A stretch of 64,000 nucleotides of DNA from Octopus vulgaris. Taxonomy: Eukaryota. The stretch is taken from assembly GCA_951406725.2 (NCBI GenBank), contig OX597817.1:151714001-151778000 (forward strand). Direction: 5' to 3'. The translations under genes and the position numbers were made by a program. Positions within the stretch are counted from its first letter, which is position 1. Each line of letters begins with the position of its first letter. Positions 53,046 to 64,000 of the stretch are shown in pieces. The notes beneath the pieces were generated by a model that saw only the letters and a list, made by a program, of their open reading frames with translations, was not told where the DNA came from and searched no databases.

Positions 53046-53744
53046 AGTGCTAGTGCATGTATATATGTGTATATATATGTGTACATATTTAATGTACATC
53101 TATATATATATACATCTACACATAAAATACAAAATACAAAGTTATATCTTGATATCGCTAGTGATAACAATACTCAAAATATATAACAGACTGGAATTGT
53201 TAGCCCGTCTCTTGTAATTTCGATCAATTGGATCTTGTCCTCCCTCTTGTATAGAAGTGTGGCTACAATCCAGCCTACCTCTACTTCTGGGGAGGGGGTC
53301 ATTTTAAATTTTTTTCCGGAACGTCCTACGTCCCAGATATAAAGGTAAAAATAAAATATTTCCACTTTGCAAGTTCGAGTCGAGTTCTCCCTTGCACGCT
53401 CCGTTGACTCGAACCTTGCTCCTATTGTGGCGAATTTACCGCCTCTGATTAGATACCTTTCATAGTCGCACCAAGACACTTTTCGAAGGTGCTTTCCTCC
53501 ATGTGTTTTATTATTACCCACAAGGGGCGAACGTAGAGGGGACAATACAATCTAATGTGGGGTCAGATACACGAATGGGATTTACAAAAAAGCGAATTTT
53601 TAAAATTTACAAAAATTACAAAATAGAAAAAAATCGAATGGAGAACAGACCGGAAGACATTACGGATGGAGTGGGAGCGGGTTTAACTCGGACCCCACGA
53701 GCCCCGCCTCCCCACTGATACTTTGGTTTCGTCTGGTTTTACAT

Positions 53745-56700
53745 TTATGTGGTATCATCCACTCGCAACTTTCGTGCTACATCTTTCCATCGTTCTTCAT
53801 ACACTCTCTTAGTCAGGCATATTCTCTCCAGCCCTATCTTCCTTTTCAGGTGAAAGATGAAATAATTCATCAAACCAGGGCCGGAGATGAACTTGCCTGA
53901 CTGTAAACCTTTCATTCTCGTCTTCCATATCACCTCTTTCGCAATTGCTACTACAACGAGAAAACAATTCTTACCTTCATTCGCGAGGAAATCTGGTGGG
54001 TCAATTTTTGTAATAGACTCAGTCGACAGCTGTACTCTTCGTGTGCTTGACAACAGCTGTTCGGCATAAACCCACACCTCAGACACGCCCGAACAATGAA
54101 CAATAGCGTGCGGGACGGTTTCCCTATCCCGTTCGCATCTTGGACATGTCGGACTGTCTTGGCCACCGTGCCTTGCGAGTTTATCCCGAACAGGTAGAGC
54201 TCCTCTGTAGCATTGCCATGCCAGAGACTTCTGGAAGTTGTCCAGTGTCTTCGGCTCGAACGTACGTCGGAACAGACTGGCCAGCTGATTATCGTCGAGA
54301 CCTAGGGTTTCCCCCAAGGTATCTTCACATTCCGCCTCTACCAACCCTCTATAGAAGAATGTGGTGGAACCCCCACCGCAGGCGTTGCCCGAGCGACGGA
54401 ATAGCAGGAGAGCCTTGCGACACTCCGTGTACCATGTGCCTAGTTTCGATCTACGATTCAGCCAGGTTTCCCATCCACCGAAACTAGTGAACTTGGGAAA
54501 CATCAGTTTTGCTAGCGGAGACCACACCCGTTCACCATCCAGGTAGAGCCACAGATGTCTTAACCTCAGCGCATGTCTGCGCATCATCAGCCAAGGCATC
54601 CCTAGCCCACCCTTTAACGGTTGTTGACAGCAAGTAGAGCGTTTCACAAGTGGTTTCCCGCCCTTCCACAAGACGTAGAAGAGCTGTCTTTCCAACTTGA
54701 TCAACCACGAATCAGGGCAAGGAACAACGGAAAGGCGGTAGGTGATAACCGATGCGATAAACACATTGGCTACCTCCGCCCTCCCTTTCAGGGATAGCCA
54801 CCGCCAAGACCAGGTCTTGGTTACTGCAGCCACCCTGCTCGATACCTCGCCCCAATTCTTCTCTATTTGGAGGTCTGGACCGAACCAAACCCCTAGCAAC
54901 TTAATCGGACCCTCCGTCCAACGTCCCACGACGCTGTCATGAGGCATCGATTTGCCTCTCCAGGTGCCGAGTTGCAAGCCGACTGACTTTTCGCGATTAA
55001 CTTTTGCTCCTGTCACCGTCTCGTAAACCTCTATGGCCTTGCCTACTTTACGTAGGTGGTCCATTTCGGTTACGATGATGGTGATGTCATCCGCGTACGC
55101 TGACACCGATTTTCCACTACCTGGCTGTCTCGGGATGCCGCTCAGTTTTCGCAGTAATGGCTCAAGAGCCATCACGTACAAAAGCGGGGAGAGCGGACAC
55201 CCTTGACGAACCGAGCGCTTGATGTTGAACGGCTTCGACAAGAAGCCGTTCACCCGAACTACCGAGTCGATGTTATCGTAAATTTGGATAATCCACCTGA
55301 GGAAGCCAAGGCTCAGCCCGAACTGTGCCAGGGCAGATACCAGGTAGCGATGGTCGACCCTATCGAATGCTTTAGATTGGTCTAAATGGACCAGTGCCCT
55401 ACCCTTGCCAGAATCGCTATTAAACCCCTCTATAGTGTACCGCATAAGATGGAGATTATCCTGAATGGTTCTGCCAGGAACGGCACATGTCTGTGCCTCC
55501 CCGATCAGACCATCCGCGACACGCGCCAATCTTTTCGATAACACTTTGGCCAAAATCTTCAACTCTGTGTTTAGCAGAGTGATGGGCCTGAAATTATCAA
55601 TGCACTCCCCCTTGCTCGGGTCCTTTCTGACGAGTGTCACCACTCCCCGGCGCACAGATCTGGGTATGAGCCCGTTCTGCTGCCAGTTCGCATAGACCTC
55701 CGCCAGTAGGTGCCCGAACAAGTCTGGCATACTCTTATATAATTCAGAGGGTAGACCATCTAAACCCGGCGCTTTGCCCGCGCCGCAGTCCGCCATCGCC
55801 TCAACCACCTCCCCAGGCGTGATTGGCCCTTCACAGCCCTCCGCATCTCGCCCCGATAAGCGCTGCAGCCCGTCGAGGAGGTCCGTAAAGGCCCTCCTCC
55901 TATCCAGTCCGCCGCACTCACCGAAAAGCTGAGCGAAGTGCTCCTGAAAGGCCTCACACACCTCCTCGGGCTCGTTTATCAACTCACCTTGTTGGTTCGT
56001 CATAGATCGAATCGTGGCACTGTTACCACGCTGAGCTTCCACCACTCGGGCCCATCTCACGGCGTTGATTCCTTCACAACCCATTGCGCGGATCCTAGCC
56101 CTGACAATGCAGCCCATGTGTTTGGCCTCGAGGTGCTGGTTTAACACCAGTCTCTTGGACGTCACCTGAGCCGCAGAGCCAGTTTTCAAGGCTTCCTCTA
56201 ATTCCTTAACTAGAGTAGTTTCCCTCCTAGCCTCTCTAGCCACTACTCCTATGCTATATCTAATTGACTCGAATTTGATGGCTCGTTTGAGGGCGTACCA
56301 CCATTTGTTATTAATGATGGTACCAGATAGTGCCCTCTGAATTATAGTCCTAATCCGGTCTCTGTACTCCTTAATCGCCAAAAGGGACGTATTAAGTTTC
56401 CAGTAACCGGATCCTCTATTTTTAACCTTATCTATGTCAAGCTTACAGGTGACCATTTTGTGATCACTGTAGCTGACCAGGTAAAACTGTGGACACTTAG
56501 CTATTTTTCTGTCTACTTTTCTAATTAGTATCCTATCTAAATATGACCTGGAAGATCCGTCGCTGTTTGACCATGTCCACAATGGAGCGTTCGGAAATTC
56601 CAACCTATAAGGATCTGCTAGCTCAAAGCGGCTTAGCAGTTCTATGAAGCCACTGTTACCTTTTCTATCTGGACGCGAGCCAACACAATCTACATCCGCT

Positions 56701-57146
56701 TTGCAAATTGTGTTAAAGTCTCCTAGCATAACTAATGAATGCGAAGTACCAAGAAAGTTTTCCAGTTCTCGAAAATAATCACTTTGCCCTTTATGGTTGG
56801 GTGCGTAAATTGCAACCAGTCTGATAACTTTACCGTTACTGAACGTCAAATCCAGCCTACCTACGACCAGCCTACCTTCTGGATCTGCAAAAATTAACTT
56901 TTTCTCAGAAACCCGGTTTCTTTTTAATAGGACCAACACCCCACCCCCGCCTGTAGGACTGCCAGGAGAGAAAAAACTCTCGTAGCCGTCAAACAGCGGG
57001 AGTAGACCTCTTGGCCCCTCTAACCGGGTTTCTGTAGCAACAATAACATCTAAATTACGCGACCTGATATCATTAAGGAAGCGACCTTGCTTCCAGCTTG
57101 ATCCCAGGCCGCGCACATTTAAACAACCAACATAAATGTAATCCAT
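53745..57146 (-). CDS. LINE ORF2: APE endonuclease + reverse transcriptase + C-terminal Cys knuckle (L1/Tx1 clade)
   Basis: LNVRGL, ETR, IYAPN, LGDFN, SYLDRI, SDH, GYWKLN, KAPGLDG, NFRPITLLN, LDQSKAFDRV, VRQGCPLSP, AYADD, CPRC...ETVPHAIVHC. No stops. Confidence 0.96.
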   Translation of the reverse strand: MDYIYVGCLNVRGLGSSWKQGRFLNDIRSRNLDVIVATETRLEGPRGLLPLFDGYESFFSPGSPTGGGGVLVLLKRNRVSEKKLIFADPEGRLVVGRLDLTFSNGKVIRLVAIYAPNHKGQSDYFRELENFLGTSHSLVMLGDFNTICKADVDCVGSRPDRKGNSGFIELLSRFELADPYRLEFPNAPLWTWSNSDGSSRSYLDRILIRKVDRKIAKCPQFYLVSYSDHKMVTCKLDIDKVKNRGSGYWKLNTSLLAIKEYRDRIRTIIQRALSGTIINNKWWYALKRAIKFESIRYSIGVVAREARRETTLVKELEEALKTGSAAQVTSKRLVLNQHLEAKHMGCIVRARIRAMGCEGINAVRWARVVEAQRGNSATIRSMTNQQGELINEPEEVCEAFQEHFAQLFGECGGLDRRRAFTDLLDGLQRLSGRDAEGCEGPITPGEVVEAMADCGAGKAPGLDGLPSELYKSMPDLFGHLLAEVYANWQQNGLIPRSVRRGVVTLVRKDPSKGECIDNFRPITLLNTELKILAKVLSKRLARVADGLIGEAQTCAVPGRTIQDNLHLMRYTIEGFNSDSGKGRALVHLDQSKAFDRVDHRYLVSALAQFGLSLGFLRWIIQIYDNIDSVVRVNGFLSKPFNIKRSVRQGCPLSPLLYVMALEPLLRKLSGIPRQPGSGKSVSAYADDITIIVTEMDHLRKVGKAIEVYETVTGAKVNREKSVGLQLGTWRGKSMPHDSVVGRWTEGPIKLLGVWFGPDLQIEKNWGEVSSRVAAVTKTWSWRWLSLKGRAEVANVFIASVITYRLSVVPCPDSWLIKLERQLFYVLWKGGKPLVKRSTCCQQPLKGGLGMPWLMMRRHALRLRHLWLYLDGERVWSPLAKLMFPKFTSFGGWETWLNRRSKLGTWYTECRKALLLFRRSGNACGGGSTTFFYRGLVEAECEDTLGETLGLDDNQLASLFRRTFEPKTLDNFQKSLAWQCYRGALPVRDKLARHGGQDSPTCPRCERDRETVPHAIVHCSGVSEVWVYAEQLLSSTRRVQLSTESITKIDPPDFLANEGKNCFLVVVAIAKEVIWKTRMKGLQSGKFISGPGLMNYFIFHLKRKIGLERICLTKRVYEERWKDVARKLRVDDTT

Positions 57147-57154
57147 TACTTACC

Positions 57155-57466
57155 TTATATCAGTGGTTCGGTTTTTTCTTTTTCTTCTTTGTTTGTCTCT
57201 TTTTCTGGGCCTCGTGGGGGAGTCTGACGCAGGCCCTCGAATATATATGGAGATGTTATATCCATTCTGAGCGGGCCCACGTCATGAAAAAATTCGGACT
57301 TTATCCGTCCGTAATCCTTCAGGCCTATTCTGTACAATATATAGTCATTTTTTTCCCTATTTTTTTCCACTTTGGCCATAGCTGCCAACACATTACCGAG
57401 TCTATTGTTCGAGGCCTTAACGGCCATAAATGAGTTCAACGACTCTCTTTTCTTCTTTTGGTTCAC
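57155..57466 (-). CDS. Probable C-terminal part of LINE ORF1 (5'-truncated)
   Basis: Open frame ends just upstream of the ORF2 ATG. No diagnostic motif is visible. Confidence 0.55.
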   Translation of the reverse strand: MNQKKKRESLNSFMAVKASNNRLGNVLAAMAKVEKNREKNDYILYRIGLKDYGRIKSEFFHDVGPLRMDITSPYIFEGLRQTPPRGPEKETNKEEKEKTEPLI

Positions 57467-58261
57467 TTTGGGGGGGGGTCAGTTTTTCTCTTTTTTCTAG
57501 TGATTTTTGACCACCCCTCCTCTTTAGAAGCGTCGAAACCTCTGTATTTAAATAGTACCAAGATTTCTCTATTTCTTTCTCTCTTTCTCTCTCTCTCTCT
57601 CTCCCTCTCTCACCCAACTCTAGTATACTCTCAAGTTATCACCATCTTTCTTACAGTTCTTTATTTCTATAATTCTTATACAGACGATACTGTCTATCAT
57701 TTCTACTTGATTTTCCTCTCACAGCCGTCATCCACATCTTTGAGGCCACACACAACTTATATTATACTTCCATAAAGAGAGAGCTCAGAAGCATTCTCCA
57801 GTAAGGACATGGTAATCTAGTTTCCTTCAACAATATCAATAAACAGTCATATTAACTTTTTAATACCAAACCAGCTGAGACCGCCCTTGATTCTACAATA
57901 CAAACTTCCGGTTCAAAGTGATAGAAACTGAAATTTCCCTTTAAAATTTTATGCTAATGCATGTTCCAAATACCAGCTTAATAAAGACAGTTATTTTACT
58001 AATTCTTCTTTATTTTCAAAATTATTTGAAATGAAGGCAGTTTAGTTCATTAAATAAATGTTAATGAAAGAGGTAAACAAACACTCATGGAGCTCTACAC
58101 TCCATGGCCAAGAACAACACATGCTAAAACACTTTCGTTCTGCTGAGAAAATTACTACGTCTCGCAAACTCGGATAACAGCGGCCATCATTACCAAAACA
58201 TCAGGTTTCTTTTCCAGGTCATAAAATATTTCAGCCCTATAACAGTTGCTGGTCTTTTACA

Positions 58262-58562
58262 TGGTGCAGGAGTGGCTGTGTGGTAAGTAGCTTGCTTACA
58301 AACCACATGGTTCTGGGTTCAGTCCCACTGCGTGGCATCTTGGGCAAATGTCTTCTCCTATAGCCTCGGACAAACACGGACAGACAAACGGATTAAGTCG
58401 ATTACATCGACCCCAGTGCGAAACTGGTACTTTATTTATTGACTCCGAAAGGATGAAAGGCAAAGTCGACCTCGGCGGAATTTGAACTCAGAACGCAACG
58501 TCAGACGAAATACCGCTAAGCATTTCGCCCGGTGTGTAACGATTCTGCCAGCTCGCCGCCTT
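58262..58562. mobile_element. SINE A head (+, 58262-58370) fused to SINE B (-, 58370-58562)
   Basis: Direct similarity to both families. Confidence 0.85.
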
Positions 58563-58839
58563 TTGTGTAACATATCATAGGAAATACATCCATTGCGAAG
58601 ACCAGGCACACACACACACATAGACAAGATGTCTCTATAATGCCTACAATACGTGTGGCTTGAGAGTTCTATCTCGTGGTAGGTACAACTCACAACTGAC
58701 GGACCGCTGATAAAGACCTAAGTTTAGACTCAACTTTGACATGGAGAATGTGAATTTCTAAATAAGTTGTATATGGATGAATTGCCGATTTCAACGTTTT
58801 TAGTTTACCTTCTTAGAATTTAATTATTTGATCTACAAC

Positions 58840-59243
58840 TGGAAAGGAATTGCAACAGGTATGTTCATCTCCAGCCTCGAACTAATCGACTTTTTCGTTT
58901 TCCATATGAAACGGAAAATAAGGCTGGAGAAGACATGCCTGTCGCAAAGTGTGTTTCGTAAAAGATGGAAGTCTATAGCAAGTATGTTGCGAGTGAAAGA
59001 ACCTGTTTAAACGAGAATATAAAAAGGAGAAAGCAAAGTCTTCAGTGTGAGTATGTGGTTTGTGGGGTCGACCGCGTCCTCCGCTTCATTTTTTGTAAAT
59101 CACTCATTCTCATTTAATTGTATATATTTTAATTGTTTGTTTATTCATACGTTTCGTCTCATTCGATACCCTGACCTCAACGTTTGTTTTGTCTGTCCTC
59201 GTATCGTCCCCTCTTTTTCTCAACCTCATGGTTAATAAAGAAA
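58840..59243 (+). mobile_element. 3' fragment of a related L1/Tx1 LINE
   Basis: KGIATGMFISSLELIDFFVFHMKRKIRLEKTCL...RWKSIASMLRV aligns to the C-terminus of 53745-57146. The 3' UTR ends tgtctgtcctcgtatcgtcccctct...ggttaataaagaaat. Confidence 0.85.
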
Positions 59244-60309
59244 TTAACTGGAAAATATCTGAGACATTTCAGCGCCAAACAGGACAAATTTACTAACCAA
59301 ACACGGCACCAGAAAAGAACTGTCTCATCAGGACAGTCGCAGCCAACCAGAATGTGTGGTAAACCTATTTTAGACGAACGAGTAGAGTAGTACTCATGGT
59401 TTTGGTGAGTTCTCCCGATGCAGTTGATATTAATTTGAGCTGCTGTAGGTTTAATACATGTGGTGGTGTAAATCTTGAACTGAATGCAAGATGGCTGCAT
59501 TTATATGCAAGGAGGATAAGTAAAAGGCATTTTTGGGGTGGGGTGGATCAAGAAATAGTCGGGATAAGTGGAGGAGATTTACATGTTTCAGATGCATTTG
59601 AACGGAGGTGGTATGCAGCCCACTAGCTAAGGGAGTGAGAAAATGTGACTCTTACAGAGGAAGAAGAAACAATACTGCATTGTAATTGCTGTAATGTACC
59701 GATGAGTAAATGGGGGGCTTCTACACTCTTTCCAGCAATCAAATTCACTGACGATCGGCTTTAGTCTACCCAGGTCCATTGTAGAAAACATTTGCCCATG
59801 TTACTGAAACCACAGCCCATGAAATAGATTCAAATTTAAAGTGAATTTGACAGCTTTGTGTGTTGTGAACTGGTTCTTCTGCGATCTAATTGCTTCGGTT
59901 TTAACAGTCTCCAGCCAGGCTGGTAGAACTCTGCAATTTAGACTGTTTGGGAAATAGTGATACATGAGAAAACTTAGGCTAGTCTTGCTGTGTCTTGGGC
60001 GGGTCATTACTACGCTAATAATAATAATCAAACGAACTGGCACACTTCTTTATTGTTAGTCAATTGGTTAAATATCAAACCAATCCGTTAAATATCAAAC
60101 CAATTAACCGGTTGTTTGTTAAATTGCTTTCGTCACTATTCGCTCCCTCATTAATGACATGCCCTCCCTCTCTTCAAGGTCTGCCAAGTGAAGTAAGGAT
60201 GGTTTTTAGTCAGTGGTTTTCAGCCAGGATCGATATGGCCCCTTTGAGGAATAAGGGAAGTTGGATAAGGTTCGTACGGCTAAAAAGTTCATTTCGTAGC
60301 TACCTATTC

Positions 60310-60459
60310 TTGGGGTCAATCCCACTGCACGGCACCTTGGGGCAGATTTTTCTATTATAGCCCCGTGCCGACCAATGTCTTATGAATGAATCTGGTCAAT
60401 GGAAAATGTGTGGAAGCCCGTCGTGTGTGTATGTGTGTGTGCGCGCGCGCGTTCCTTTT

Positions 60460-60496
<37 letters not shown>

Positions 60497-61095
60497 ATTT
60501 CAGTGTGTTTGTATGTGTGTATGTGTGAGAGAGGGAGAGAGAGAGATGCCTCTACCACTACTTGTCATCCGGTGTTAGTTTGTCTATGTCCTCGTAATTT
60601 GGCAGTTTGGCAAAACAGGCCGATAAAATAAGTACCAAACAAAAAAGAAAATCGGTACTGAAGTTCGATTTGTTCGACAGGTGTGGCTGTGTGGTAAGTA
60701 GCTTGTTTACCAACCACATGGTTCCGAGTTCCCATTGTGTGGCACCTTGGACAAGTGTCTTCTACTATAGCCTTCAGCTGACCAAAGCCTTGTGAGTGGA
60801 TTTGGTAGACGGAAACTGAAAGAAACCCGTCGTATACATGTATGTATGTATGTATGTACATATGTGTATGTATGTGTGTGTATATATGTTTGTGTGTCTG
60901 TGTTTGTCCCCCAACATCGCTTGACCACCGATGCTGGTGTGTTTACGTTCCCGTAGCTTAGCGGTTCGGCAAAAGAGACCGACAGAATAAGTACTAGGCT
61001 TCCAAAGAATAAGTCCTGGGGTCGTTATGCCCGACCAAAGGCGGTGCTCCAGCATGGCTACAGTCAAATGACTGAAACAAGTAAAAGAGTAAAAT
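60310..61095 (+). mobile_element. Two tandem SINE family A copies
   Basis: Diverged copy at ~60310-60678 and near-full copy at 60680-61095. Confidence 0.85.
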
Positions 61096-61363
61096 GGTAA
61101 AATGCAGTCTCCCGGCATAGCTGCAGTCCAATGACTGAAACAAGTCAACTATAAAAGATATCAGGATTTTCGTCGCACCTCTGCGTCCTGCTCACGAGCA
61201 CAGATCGAATACAACTTTGTCGACTCTGTAGTGGAACTACGTCAATGACTAGGTTGCAGTTGAGCAACGAAATTTTTGACATTTCATTAATTAAATTTCA
61301 ATTTAAAGTAAATGTAACCATTTTAATTGTTATTAATTATCTCTTCCTCGGTGTAGTTGCCAG

Positions 61364-62089
61364 CACCAGCGTAGCTAGAGTATATGCCGCCCGGGGCGGC
61401 CCTGCCATTTGCCGCACCCGGACCCCACAAAATAAAAAAAAAAACATATTGCCTACAGCTGACCCAAAAGTGCCGCCTGGGGCGCCCCTCCCCCCAGCTA
61501 GGCTAGTATGATTATAAATATCTTGGGTCATACATATCATCATCTGGAAAAGACTTTCTAATTAGAAAGGGTATGGCCTGGTCAGCCTGTAATGACATGC
61601 ATAAGATCTGGTCATCAAATCTAAGTAGAGACTTCAAACTTGAAATCTTCAAAGCCACAGTCGAACCAATTCTACTATATGGCTCAGAAACCTGGACGTT
61701 ATCAAAGAAGCTTGAGAGGCGGTTGGATGGAACCTACACTCGCCTCCTTATGAGAGCTCAAAATCTCTCGTGGAAGCGCCATCCAACCAAAATGCAAATA
61801 TATGGGACTCTACCACCTGTGTCATCCCTTGTGAAAGGTAGGAGAGTCCAGTTTGCTGGACATTGTTGTAGAGCTGAAAAAGAAGTAATTTCTACTCTTC
61901 TCCTCTGAAAGCCATCTACTCGCAATACCAGAGGGCGCACACTCTCCTACCCTGATGTAATCTCCAGGGATACAGGCATCCAGCAACAGGACCTCCGTAA
62001 TGCCATGATGGACCGTGAAGTCTGGCGTAGCATGGTAAATTCCATTGTCTCGACCACGGTCGAACAATGATGATGGTGATAGGCTAGTG
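61364..62089. mobile_element. Small hAT-like MITE with an RTE fragment inserted in its right TIR
   Basis: TIR caccagcgtagct / agctaggctagtg. TSD gttgccag (61356-61363) and gtcgccag (62090-62097). Confidence 0.7.
61508..62079 (+). mobile_element. RTE-clade LINE 3' fragment with (TGA)n tail
   Basis: DYKYLGS...AWSACNDMHKIW...VEPILLYGSETWTL...RRVQFAGHC, one in-frame stop, then ...MMDREVWR. 9-bp TSD taggctagt (61499-61507, 62080-62088). Confidence 0.9.
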
Positions 62090-63037
62090 GTCGCCAGTCT
62101 AAATTTCTATAGGCACTAAATTTCTTAAGAATATATTACAAAAATATATTGTTAAAAATAAATTCATAAAAACCTCGGCCGGACACAGACACATCTGGGC
62201 TTATAGACTACGCTCCTCCATTCTGTATATTGTAAATGTATCCAGCATCATTTACACCGAATCTCAACTTTTCCTATCACTTATACTCTCGGCTTGATGT
62301 ATTCCACAGTTATATATTATAAAAACATCACACGGCAAAAATAATGCGTATTTTTTCTTTCTTTTTTTTTTCTATTTATTTTTCTTTTATTAACTTTGCA
62401 GGTGATATATCAAAACATAACTTTTAATATACTAAACGTGGTTTTGATATTTTTAAACCCCCTGCTATGTATCCCCCACCACTACCACCAGCGTGGTAGA
62501 TGAATTTGCTCCTGGCTGAGAATTGCCGACGTTAAAAGCCTAAGTGCAAAAAAAAATTTTAATAACAATACAAGTAAAAGAGTAGGAGTGATAGGGAGAG
62601 CGGGAAGAGGAGAGAGAGAGAAGAGGAAACACGGATCTTTATATTTAATAGCTAGAAAGCGAAGTCAATTTCATATGACTATCGCAGGTAAGTGTTCAGA
62701 TATATTTTCTCTTCCTGCTATGTGAACTTTTCCACTTTGATTTTGAAAGTTTCTAGATATTGTATACGAAGTACGTTTATATATGTAACTTAATCTTTAG
62801 CAACAGACACACTACACTGTTGTTTGTATAGATTTGACGTTAAAATAGCGAGTGCGATGTTTATAGTTATCATGCGCTCGAAAACAAGAATTCCACTTGC
62901 TTTCCATCACCAAATCCGCTCAGTCAGTCATTGATTTACTCGTTCACTCACACACTCATCAGCTCATTCATTCATTTATTCTCGTATATATATATATATA
63001 AAGGGGTTTGTATGATTGTATATAGAGGGATATGTAT

Positions 63038-63446
63038 TATTCAAAGAAATTCCAATTCTGTCTCTTTTTTTATGTTTTATTTATATTCTTTATAATATTA
63101 ATGTAGAATATAGAATATATAGTATAAATAGTAGTATAATGAAATGAAGAATTGATTGTCTTATTGAATAGATGAAATATTGAATATAAAATATTAAGGG
63201 ACTAGTATACTTTCTTGCATTATAACAATCTTCAAGGTCCCAGGTTGTGACAGGAGGGTTTCAACTGTTGAAAGTATACTAGTCCCTTAATATTTGATAT
63301 TCACTATTTCATCTATTCAATAAGACAATCAATTCTTCATGTCATTATACTACTATATATACTTTTTATACTATATATTCTATATTCTACATTAATATTA
63401 TAAACAATATAAATAAAACATCAAAAACAGAGAGAGTTGGAATTTC

Positions 63447-63453
<7 letters not shown>
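63038..63453. repeat. Diverged ~175-bp inverted repeat with ~58-nt loop between (TA)n tracts
   Basis: ~63038-63212 pairs with ~63271-63453. Confidence 0.8.
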
Positions 63454-63485
<32 letters not shown>

Positions 63486-63487
<2 letters not shown>

Positions 63488-63721
63488 GGAGTAAACACAT
63501 AAATGTGAAACAAGGTGGAAAAAAGAGTACTCAAATACCAGTGGTAGAGTAATATGCTTTATTTAAAGCAGCAGAAAATTCAACAAAACCTGTTACTCTG
63601 AGTTTCGCGTTGCCGTTCGTCGGACAGTTTTTGCTAGAATCTAGCAAAAACTGTCCGACGAACGGCAACGCGAAACTCAGAGTAACAGGTTTTGTTGAAT
63701 TTTCTGCTGCTTTAAATAAAG
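63486..63721. mobile_element. Fold-back Penelope-derived element: perfect 82-bp palindrome with a hammerhead on each strand
   Basis: Arms 63557-63638 and 63640-63721 with a 1-nt centre. The unpaired extension 63486-63556 runs into (TA)n. Confidence 0.8.
63647..63693 (+). ncRNA. Minimal hammerhead motif (CCGACGA core)
   Basis: aaaactgt CCGACGA(63655-63661) A cg gcaa cg C GAAA(63672-63675) CTCAGA GTA(63682-63684) acaggtttt. Mirror copy on the minus strand at 63585-63631. Confidence 0.65.
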
Positions 63722-63725
63722 TATG

Positions 63726-63766
<41 letters not shown>

Positions 63767-64000
63767 CACGTTACTGCATACAAGCATTATAGATGTGCGT
63801 GTGTGTAGCTGTATACATGCATTATATATACACACGCGCACATTTATAATGCTTTGTATGCAGTAACGCATATATAATATGGAATATTATATATGTGTAT
63901 TATGTTATTATATTGTATATGCGTAACTGCATACAAGCGTAATAGTAATGTGTCAGGTGTGTATATGAGAACAACATTACTAACTACCATAACAGGTAAT

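Larger units (their letters stand above)
53503..57480 (-). mobile_element. L1/Tx1-clade LINE, 5'-truncated within ORF1, ORF2 intact
   Basis: ORF1 C-terminus, 8-nt spacer, 1133-aa ORF2, and a ~240-nt 3' UTR ending ttgtcccctctacgttcgccccttgtgggtaataataaaac. Confidence 0.9.

Overview
AT-rich eukaryotic DNA packed with microsatellites and transposable elements. I found no recognisable host gene. The SINE families and repeat landscape suggest an octopus/cephalopod genome (inference). The only long coding regions are retrotransposon ORFs: an uninterrupted 1133-aa L1/Tx1-clade ORF2 (53745-57146, -), a near-intact Penelope-like element with RT + GIY-YIG (45253-48529, +), and a 5'-truncated CR1-like LINE (42012-44293, -). 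The rest is tRNA-derived SINEs, Merlin-like/hAT/Tc1/piggyBac MITEs, non-autonomous Helitrons, RTE fragments and decayed Penelope remnants. Most ORF-track entries are microsatellite translations. Highlights: (1) about nine non-canonical minimal hammerhead-ribozyme motifs, several inside near-perfect fold-back palindromes embedded in (TA)n; (2) a SINE whose 3' tail matches the 3' end of the intact Tx1-like LINE and which repeatedly restarts in register inside its own head; (3) three Merlin-like MITEs that each carry a telomere-type (TTAGGG)n block; (4) modular head/body/tail shuffling among SINEs. All family names come from motif recognition by eye. No database search was run, and boundaries of decayed elements are approximate.
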